Assembly: GCA_036172245.1 (NCBI GenBank)
Contig: JAYWIR010000007.1
Coordinates: 4,154,001 to 4,218,000 of the forward strand
DNA: 64,000 nt
Reading direction: 5' to 3'
From: Raillietiella orientalis
Lineage: Eukaryota
This document shows positions 54,840-64,000 of this stretch, piece by piece. The notes under the pieces were generated by a model. It saw only the letters and a list, made by a program, of their open reading frames with translations, ran no database searches and was not told the DNA's origin. Positions within the stretch are counted from its first letter, which is position 1. The number at the start of each line of letters is the position of its first letter. The position numbers and the translations under genes were made by a program.

Positions 54840-56900
54840 TTGGTTCGCTAAGTACCTCAGAGCCGGTCGCGTGCCTCGCGGCGCACGTGGCTCTTTAAAC
54901 ACACTGTTTAGTTTCCACGCCTCTCCCCTGCGACAACCCTGCAGGGGGGCGCGTAATCTTCAGTGTAATTCTTCAGGATAGGAATCTCCGCTAGTAGGAA
55001 TCTCTTCGGAGGGAACCCGCAGGAGAACAGCTCCTGTTCACTCCTCTGAAGAGAACCCCGAAGGGACGCTCCCGAAACTCAGAAGGGGCGCTGCAGCTTC
55101 CCGCAGGGAATCGCTCTCGCTTGCTTCCTTGCACTCTGTAAAGAGGCGACGACTCGGAGGGTCCCTTCGCAACGGGGGGGGGGGCGCTCCTTTGAACAGC
55201 TGCCCGTGAGGGCTCCTGCTCCATCTTGAAACCGGAGGGTTCCTCCGGTGAGGGGGGTCTGCTCTCCGTTGTACGACCGGTGGGGGAACTCCCCACTCCT
55301 TGATTCCTGGGAGGGCACGAAAGTCGACTCCCATTGTTCCGGCCTTCATCGAGGGCCTCCGGTGTTAACCGCTACCGGTGCCACGCCAGAATGTTTAGGC
55401 CAACCAGCGCCATCTTGCATGAGAAACTCGGAACCCAACGACGCAGTGGCGTCAGTTTCTGCCGGAGTATTCGAACCCGCGACGCGTGGTGCCACGCGCG
55501 GAAGCCTCAACCACAAAGCCCCAGACGCGGGCTCCAGCGGAGCTCCTACTGGAGCTCCGGCGAGTGGCAAGCTGACCAGGGCCAACAACTGCATCTTCTG
55601 CCGGCCTGCGAACGGTAGTGCCTGCCTGCAGGAAACTGCCCGCACGTGGGTCAAGAACAACGGAGCGATCCCGGAGATGCGGCAGCGACTACTGCACTCC
55701 TTCTACAACAACCACTGGCCACAGGTCATCATCGTGCGACCCACCACATGTGTGTGGGCGCAAAGAACCTCCTTAGCCGCGGTACTGTGCTCCCTAACGG
55801 AGCACCTGGGCAGTAACCAGCTGGCCAAATGGGAGGTCAGTTGCGAAATCAATCAGAAGACGAGAAAACTAGGTGGTTGGACCACGGGCCAAATCACGGA
55901 CTCCGCGACACCAAGTACCCCACCGAAAGGACTATTGCGCTGGGGTAAGCTGCTGGGAATCCCACAGGAAGATCTCGAGCGGCCCCCAGGGCTGAACCTC
56001 CAGGGCTGAAGAACAATTGAGTGCTTCCCCTGAAGTGGCAGGAGTGGGCGCTTCTGCTGCTGCACTGGGGTCTCACTGGACCCAGAGGGCTGTGGACCCC
56101 TGGGTCCACCTGCAACAGTTGTTGCAGGTGCAGGGAACGGGAATCCCTCCCGCACCTGCTTGCAGCCTGCGTGCCGGTTACTCGGCGGGTTACGAGCGTT
56201 TTCGGACGATGCAGTGCCGATGGCCCTACACATATATGTTTGTCCCGGCGTGATCGGGTGATAAACTCAAATGCTCTGCCCAGTGGAGCATTCCTTTGGG
56301 TGGAACCTCGAGGTCTCGACGTCCGCGATTCTTCGTCGACCACACCCGCCAAAGGGTTTCACGTTCCTTACAGTGCTGCAGGTAACGTCCCACTTTGCCG
56401 GTGAGCCACGGCCAAGGGCTTCTTTTAAGGAGGGCGACGTTGCGTGAAGGGAAAGAAGGGGGGGGGGGTGATGAAGAGCGCAGTGGTACTTCGACGCACT
56501 GCGGAGGATCTTCTGCAGCACGCGTTGCCGTGTTGCAGGGAGGCGGATCCCCATCCCCATCGGCAGGGCGGCACGTAGCACGGGAATTTTCCCAAGAGCG
56601 GTTTCTGGTAGGAGGGAAGGACGCATGCCGGGGGTCCTGCCAACCCGTTCAGCTCCGCGATGCGCGGAGGCTGTGCGCGGTACGCGACCTTGGAAAGTCT
56701 CCCGCGCCGGCGGTGGATGCCAGGACGCCACCGCTCCTTGCCGCCAGCCTACTCGTCGCTCCGCCTGCACCTCCACGGGCGCTGCGAGCTGCAAGTCGCT
56801 CCTGGATGCTGGGATCTTGGGTCGGAGTTGCTGCAGATGTGGGAAGTCCGAACTTTTCCTCGTCCACCTCCCAGTTTCTCTTGGGCTTTCCCCCCGGTGC
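54840..56900 (+). mobile_element. Internally deleted RLE-type element: 5' module, possible Ulp1-like protease remnant, CCHC and endonuclease remnants, no RT
   Basis: 5' module shared with 21036-21615. ARTWVK...FYNNHWPQVII...TSL at ~55640-55775; CCRCRERESLPHLLAAC at ~56120-56170; WVEP; ARYATL (~KY..L) and PGCW near 56680-56810. Confidence 0.6.
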
Positions 56901-56909
56901 CGATCCAAG

Positions 56910-57778
56910 TCCCGGAAGATCTTGAAAATAAATATGTGTGCTTAATGCATAAATTAATGCATAAATTTACATAGAGATCAATGCACAGATTAATATATAT
57001 TTAAAAAATTGTAAAAAAAATAAACACATGTGATTATTGTGTATCGCAGCACATAATATACACATAATAACAGCCGTTCCTAACTTGCATAGATTAATAA
57101 ACATTTATTTTAACATATATATTAATTCATATTTACTGACAAACATACTATTAGTATAATTTATAATTTGTCTGCTATATATAAATATATATATTCATAT
57201 ACAGATTAATATATGGATTCAACTATCTTATAAAGATTTTAAAAAATAAATACATGTGCTTATCATTTACATTTACATATAAATAAATATATAGGTTATT
57301 ATATTATGAAGAGGATACTCATCAAAAGAATAATGTATGTTAATATTATTTATTTACTATGGATATTAATATAACATGCTTATAAAATATATTTATGTAT
57401 AGATTAATATATACATAAATATATATATCCCAAAGATGGCAAAAAACAAATAAAAATATTATTAATTATATCAAAGTATATAATGTAATTAATTACATTA
57501 ATAATATTAAAGATATTAAGGGTATGTCAATAAATGACAGCATACATACATGTGTTAAAATCATATTAATATTAAGGACATGTATGTTAATAAATATGCA
57601 TGTTAAAATAAATTGCTATATTTATCCCTATACAAACACGTATACGTGATATACAATAGCAAGCGTGTACATTCATTTTTTATAATCTTTGTAATACATA
57701 CATTAATCTATACATAAATTTATATATTACTGTATGTAATAAGCGTATGTATTTATTTATTTCAAAGATCTTCCTGGA
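56910..57778. mobile_element. AT-rich island with imperfect terminal inverted repeats (foldback/MITE-like)
   Basis: Left end TCCCGGAAGATCTTGAAAATAAAT... versus reverse complement of right end TCCAGGAAGATCTTTGAAATAAAT..., with loose similarity over ~70 nt. Internal AGATTAATA motif recurs at ~56987, 57091, 57203 and 57401. Confidence 0.55.
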
Positions 57779-57979
57779 TTTTGAAGTTCGGGGCTTTGAA
57801 CCAACCCCCTTTTCTCCCCCCACCCGACCACCCCCGCGTACTGCCGTTCACGCGACGCTGCCCGCGGCGCTCCCGGAGCTCCGCCGGTCTCATCGCCAGT
57901 CGCCACCACCGCGCCCCGAGCAGACGGAACTTCCGCCCGGGCGCGGCTCGCAGTCCACCTTCCGGGGCTCCTCGCGCTG

Positions 57980-59900
57980 ACTGACGGGGGGGCGTCGGGA
58001 AAATTCCCACCTCCCGGGCTCGTCGTCAGGGGAGGACACCCGTGGCCCGCCTTCCTGCTGCACGCCGCCTCGTGGGGCGATCCTCGCGGAGGCGGCCACG
58101 GGCGGGTGGGGTCGCGCCCCGCCCCCGACATGCGTTCGTGGCGCTCTCGACGAGGGAAGGTTCCTCGAGGGACCGGTTTGGGATCCCGGAGCAGATGCAC
58201 CATCCCTGCCAGTGCTTCCCGCGTCTCGCGCGGGCCCGGGCCCGCGCATCGTTTCGGCGGAAGGTGCCGGCTGAGGGGTGGGCCCTAAGGCGTGGGCTCC
58301 CCAGTGTTGGTGCGACCTTTTTCGCCTTCCCCACCATCACGGATCTTCCGTTCCGCGATTAGCGTCATCTGAGGTGGGAGGAGGTGAGCACAAGGAGCTT
58401 CCTGAAGGAAGCCGGCCCTTCCAGGTGGTGCATGGGCTCTCGTGCGGGCGGAGCCCTCGCTGCTTTACACGCTCCCTGCTGCTGGGTTCACCCACGTCAG
58501 CGGTGATCACTCGTCTCTGGTGAGGGAGGCATGTGCCCGGCTGACGCATGCCTGGACTCCCGACACATCCTGACTCGGAATGCCCTCCCTACGTTGAGTG
58601 TGCTAGGGGGTCTGGAAGATCTCCTCCCGTGAGCCTCTTTCATCCCAGGGAGGAAGAAAGGGGGGAGGCGGGCTCGCCTCGAACGGTCGCGCGTTTCCGT
58701 ATTGTGTAAGCTGCGCGTGCCTGGCGTCCGCCCGTCCTGGCAGGAAGAACGCTGGAACGCTAGGGTGGTGCCTGGACGTGGGTAGCGACGTGCTCTGTGG
58801 GAATTTTTGAAGTGGAGGTGGCGTCACGTGGACTTTCCTTCCGACGCCAGCGTTGCGTGGAGGGTGCGAGCTCGGCGGTGGTCCCGGTGGCTTGGCTTTC
58901 TCCTCCTCCCCTTCCTTTCCCTCCCTCCTCCTCTTTTTTTTTTCCCGCATGCCCCGTCAGGGTAGCTAAAAGCGCGACGAGAAAAGCGTTCCCCCTGGCG
59001 CACCTTTTGCAGAAGCTGAACAATCCCGAGCCCTTTCGTCCTCCCCTCGGGATGACCCTCCCTCTCCCCTGTCACCCCTTGCCTACCCTCCTCCATGTTA
59101 TTGCAACGCCTGCGCCGCCGCTGCTGGCGGTGGGTCGGTTGCCGTGCATCCAACCGAAATGCAGCAGTGCGGTGGGCATGGACGAACCCACAGCAGCGCA
59201 CCTCCAAGAACCCAAGAGCGCCGGACAGCCCCAACGCGCGACCAGGACAAGGAAGGAGGGGGGGACGAGCAAACGCCGTAGTCGCGCGCGAAGGATGCGG
59301 GCGCCTCGCCGTCCCAAACGCCGGCCACGCTGGCGAGAGAACCCTGGCGCGGGGGAGGTGCACGCAGATGGCAAACACCAGCAAGCCCGTCCCCGACGCG
59401 CGGAAGGCACCGTGAACACCACGCCACTTGAGGTTCTCCTCGCGCCGTGCTGATCGCGGAAGAACTGCGTGCACTTGCCGGCGGCCGTTCGGCACACCTC
59501 GGAATTGACCTTCTAGGCCAGTGGTCTCGCAGATCAGATTGACGGGAGGACGACAAGAGAGAGGGGGAGGGAGGGAAGACGGGGGTCGAGGAAGGCAACG
59601 CGGAAAGATACGCATCTGCGCATCTGTACAGTCAGAGCCCGGACACATCCCAGAAGGCAGTGCGGGAAGTCACCAGGAAGAGGTCACCAGGAAGAAGGTG
59701 GTGCAGGAGGAATGCGGCGCGCGCGCGACGAGCGGCGCGAAGAGGGCGGCCGACCCCTATCCCGGCTCTACCAAGGAGGGAGGGAGGAAGCTCGATCCCG
59801 AGGGCACCCATGAGGACCTCGGTCCCCAGAAGAAACGTGGCGGCGGCAACAGAAACTTTCACGCGTGACCTCCTCAAGCGGAGGTCTCCTCCCGGGGTTC
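57980..59900 (+). mobile_element. Decayed gypsy-type integrase region
   Basis: RFGIPEQM (~RFGIPE.I.SD) at ~58175, LPSV..FA at ~58295, PFQVVHG (~SPF.LVYG) at ~58415, and KLDP...GP / TF..DLLK (integrase C-terminus-like) at ~59790-59880. Confidence 0.45.
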
Positions 59901-61671
59901 CTGGTGGAATGCGCATCGGCTTGTATAGAGGGTCTCGCCTGGAGCGCAGCCCCTTCCCCGAATGCCCTCGCGGGCCGCTGACAAGAGGCTCTCGGGTGGC
60001 GCCGCCGCCGCAGATGCACCTCGCGGTCCCGCGAGGAGGGTAGCGACCGGGGATGCGTGAGCGCTCGGGAGGACCGGGCGGCTCGCTCCTCTTCCTCTCT
60101 CCCGACCTTCTCCCGCCGTTCCCCTGCGATCCCCCCCTCTCCCGAGGGAGAAGGCGTTGGCGTCAGGAGCGGTTTTTCGGGGCTCCGGGGCATCCCGGAA
60201 ATCGTTCCTGCGGGGAAACCCGAGATGTGTCTACTCCCTCCCCCTCCCCCCTTCAAGAATAGGGAGTTTCCCCCTTCTGTCCTCCTCCTCCTCCTCCTCC
60301 AGGCAAACCATCGGCCGACTCCCCGGCGTCTTTACGACGGGGAAAACTTGACCTTCCAGGTGCAGAACTCTTCCTCTTCGTTCCCACCCTCCTTCCGCGG
60401 CCCTTTCCTTCTCTTTTCTCCCAGAGGTGCGTGCACGCTGAGTAGGAGAAAGAAAGGACGGAAAGGCAAAGGAAGCTGAGGTCGGGAAGAGGACCGGTGG
60501 GAGCGACTGGAACCCTCCCCCCTCCCTTCCCCGCAGAAATCCCAAGTGCGAGCGTTCCCGACTCTCCGGAGAGAGAGGAGGGAGGAGGGAAGAGGAAGAG
60601 GGAGGGAGGAGTACTCCGGAGGGGAGAGGAGCAACGGTCCCGTGAAGGGGAAAGAGGGAGGCGAGGAAGGGGAGCGAGGCAGGGTGGACGCTTCCACTCC
60701 GTCCTCCTTTCTTCCCCTTTCCCTTCCCGCCGTCGTCTGGTACAGAGGGAACAGGGGGAGCGGAGAGGCAGATAAGCACAGAAGAGAGGGAGAGGGACGG
60801 CGCCTGGAAGAGCTCTTCCTCCTTCAGGAACGTTCCTTCGCCTCCAGGGAGACGTTCCTGGGAGAACGTGAGCGTGCGTGAGCTCTTCCTTTCCCTCTGT
60901 CGGGACCACCGCTCGTGGGCAGGCGGGACGAGGATGCGGCCCTGAGAGAAGACGCCGTTCCTCACCGACCTCTCCACACCGCTTCTTTCCGATTCGACTA
61001 CCACCACCACAGAGGAGGATGCCACTCAGCAGTGAGGGGAGGGATACATTGAAGAGTGTTATCCCTCCTGGGGAGTTTCAATGGACCCAAGGGCACCGCG
61101 AGGACAGGAGGCAAGGCTTTGGGCAGAGCTGAGGGCGGAAGATTTGAAAGGGACAGGACGGGAGGAGGGAGGGGAGGAGTTGGTGGCAGATCCTTTCCTT
61201 CCTCTCCTTCCCTCTATCCTCTCAGAAGTTCCCCTGCACGGTGGTGAGTCCTTCGGGAGCCTCCGGGCCCTTAGTCAGGGAGCCGGGGCTCGAGAGGGTC
61301 AGGGGAGGAAAAGGGTGAGGGAGGGGAGGGTTCCCAGTTTTGCGTGGCGGGATCGCGGCCGTGGAGGAGAGTACCCTCGTCCCGGAGGGGGAAGGAGGGG
61401 GGGGGAGAAGGCGGTGGCAACTCCCGCTCTTTGCTACGCGGCGGCGGCGCTTCCGTCGCTCCTAGCGGCGTGCCAAAACAGCCTCCTTCCTCCGTCGCCG
61501 CCATCCTCGTCTTCGTATTCCCGCCCCCTCCCCCTCCTTCTCTGCTCCGCTCAAATAAAGACGGGGGAGGCGGAGGGAAGGGGAAAAGCCGGTAGGCAGC
61601 CACGCCTCCGCCCCCGCAGAGAGGAGCGCGGAGGGTTCGAACAAGTCGCAATTCCCCCCCTCGACGGCTGC

Positions 61672-61695
61672 CGACGACGACGACGACGACGACGA
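61672..61695 (+). repeat. (CGA)8 microsatellite upstream of the Ig-domain gene start
   Basis: Read directly. Confidence 0.9.
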
Positions 61696-61783
61696 CGCCT
61701 CCCGGAGGACGCGTCCCTCCTCCGCCAGAGAGCTCTCGCACCGCGTCCGGGACGGCAGGTGCGCTTGGCCGGGAGGCCTCGGC

Positions 61784-64000
61784 ATGGGAGCACCGCCGTC
61801 GCCGCCGCTGCTGCTGTTGATCCTGCACGTCGGCGCCTTCTGCCTCGGTGAGTGCTACCGCCTCCGCCGCTGTTGCCGCGAGGGCGCTGCGCGCGCGCGC
61901 CCGTCCTCATCGCCCCACCCCACTTGCCCCGTCCTCCTCCCGCCCTCCTGGAAGGCGAAGGAAGGTGGGGAAGGAACGTCGTACCCTGGAGCTGCTCCTT
62001 TCCCACGCCGCGAGACAGTGCGCGACGGAGACAGGGCCTTCCTCGTCTCGAGATCCCTCCGGAACGAGAGGAAAAGGCAGGAGCCCCTCGGACCGTCTGC
62101 GCCCCTTCTAACCGACGGGGGGGGGCACGGACAGACACCTGGACGCTCGCGAGGGGGCAGAAAGGACACGCGGGAGGCGTCTGCTGCGCTGCCTCGCTGC
62201 CCCCCTGTTTATTTTTAAAACGTTGGCAACGGCTCCGAGAAATCCGGCTCGAATTCCCTTCCTCAAGCTACGGAAGCGCCTCCTCCATCCCTCCTCTTGT
62301 CTCGTTCTCTCCTCTCTCCCTCCCCCCGTTGATTAGTCGAGATGAACCCTCCACCAGATCTTCCCGCCGGTGCATTCCTACACCTCCCATCGCGCGAGGA
62401 GGAAGCGGTGGAGGCAGGGATCCTCGGGAGGGTGAGCTCGCAAAGGGGAGCGTAGCTCGGTATCGAAAGGGCTCCTCCTCCTCCTCTTCTTCCTCCTTCC
62501 CCCTTCCTACTCATCTTCCTTTCTCTTCCTCCTCATTCTCCTCTTCCCTTCCCTTCCTCCTCCTTCTCCCTCCCTCCCCTCTCCCTCCCTTCCTCTCCTT
62601 CATCGGAATCCGGCTGCTCGGTGGACCAAGTGCTTTGCTCGCGAAGGAACGAATTGGGTCTGCGACTCCCCCTTTCTCTGCTGGTTCTCTTCGTGAGGGG
62701 AGGGGACGTAGTGTTGACGGGGACAGCGGCTTCCCTCTGATCCTCATCTCGCCCGGCCTGTACCTGGGGGCGGAGGGTGAGAGTGAGCGCGCCTTCGAGG
62801 AGGGCGCGTGTGACCGAGCGGCATCCTCGCGGTCCTCTCGACCCCGGACGCGCTGCGTCGAAGGGTCCGTTTGGGGGAGCGCCCGTGATGCGCTTCCCAC
62901 ATGCATCCTGAGGGAAGGGAGACCCCTCTACCAAACGCTGCCTGTGCTCCGCCGCCTCGCCTCACCCTTGCAGAAATCGAAGAGGATCCTCGAGAGGGAA
63001 GTGCTCGCCTCCGGGAGGGCGGAGTCTGCCTAGGCTACTGCCACGGGGCTCAGGGGGCAGAGGGGAGCAGCCATCTGGGGAGAGGCAATTCCAGGAGTGC
63101 AGCGGCCTACCGGGAGGCAAGCGCGCCATCCCTTCCTTCCTCACGCTCCTTCTCCTCTCCCTCTTCCCGGAAACGGGAGAGAAGAGAAGGAGGAGGATAA
63201 GAAGAGCGATGTTCCGCGCGCTCCCTCCTCCGAAGGGAGATGGGGCCGCGGACCCGAGCGTTCTTCTCCGGTCGGAGAGGTCCCGGAGTCACCCCCACCT
63301 TCGCTCCCTGTCTCCTTTCTGAAGGGGTCTCTGCCGCGAGAGACACCGCTTGCGGCAGCGTTCGTGCTTCGCTGCTCCGGGGATTCGGGGGCACCCGAAC
63401 GGGAGGGATGCAGAAGAGCAGGAGGGTCCTTCCTCGTCCCTCGGGACAGCCCCACGTCCACCGAGGGAGTGCCCGGTCCTACCACGAGCCCCGGATCTGT
63501 CGGGGAGGAGGGGGGCGGCGGCGGCGGTCTCTCGAGATGCCCCCTCCTCGCGGCGCGACTCTCCCGGGTCAGCAGGTCCGGTCGCATCAGCCGAAGAAGC
63601 GCGTGCGACGCCAGGCCGGACGCGATCGTTGGCGGGGCTGTGGGGCTGAGGGGAGGGAGGGAGCCAGTGTCCCTCCATGTCCGTCTCCCTTCCTCCCCCT
63701 TTTCGGTGGCTGCTGCTGCTGACCCTTCCGTCGTCCCGCTCCACCCAGGGCCCGCACACTGCCTGCTGGAGATTGCGGGCAACGGGACTGTGGTGTCGGT
63801 GCTGGAGGGCTCGGCAGAGTCCGTGGTGTTGGATTGCGACTACTCGCTCGGGGAGAAGCCGGCGGACGGCCTGGTCGTGAAGTGGTACTTCCGGGATGAC
63901 CCCCAGCCGATCTACCAGTGGATCCCGGACCAGACCCCTCAGGGCATCGGCGCGTTCAGAGAAAGGCTCAACCTGCAGCACGTCTCTTCGGAGGACTCCC
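61784..64000 (+). CDS. Secreted/cell-surface Ig-domain protein, beat-related arthropod family (partial). Exon 1 61784-61847, exon 2 63749->64000
   Basis: Signal-peptide exon MGAPPSPPLLLLILHVGAFCLG|GTGAGT joins a phase-1 acceptor (CTGAC...CCCAG). Exon 2 reads ...SVVLDCDYSLGEKPADGLVVKWYFRDDPQPIYQWIPDQTPQGIGAFRERLNL, an Ig V-type start. Confidence 0.85.

Noticed and set aside
54841..54860. TGG-starting sequence as an LTR primer-binding site
   Set aside because: Not complementary to a recognisable tRNA 3' end, no adjacent LTR, and downstream motifs are non-LTR type.
54860..54900. HDV-like ribozyme suggested by the CCTCGC loop
   Set aside because: No matching P1/P2 arms or J4/2 could be placed, and the first L3 base is G.
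50900..63700. Dozens of overlapping 60-390 aa ORFs in the GC-rich domain
   Set aside because: Low-complexity R/P/G/S translations expected from stop-codon scarcity. Only scattered TE motifs and the Ig gene exons are credible.

Overview
Eukaryotic (arthropod-like) genomic DNA in two compositional domains. The AT-rich part (1 to ~49 kb) holds compact genes with very short introns (mostly 38-58 nt): the 5' part of a Nopp140/NOLC1-like gene (-), AP-3 complex beta subunit (+), a ZNF839-like gene (+), ribokinase (+) and a large protein built from a repeated Cys/His module (-). It also holds a disrupted ORF at 34.6-35.5 kb resembling a qinvirus-type negative-strand RNA virus nucleoprotein (candidate endogenous viral element), which appears to sit behind host-style spliced leader exons. 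The GC-rich part (~51-64 kb) is mostly decayed retroelements: R2/NeSL-type RLE non-LTR relics (one with a possible Ulp1 protease domain) and gypsy fragments. It also contains an AT-rich inverted-repeat island and the first two exons of an Ig-domain (beat-related) gene. A structured 5' module of the RLE family occurs twice, in inverted orientation (21.0-21.6 kb and 54.8-55.5 kb). All family assignments come from motif recognition by eye; no database searches were run.
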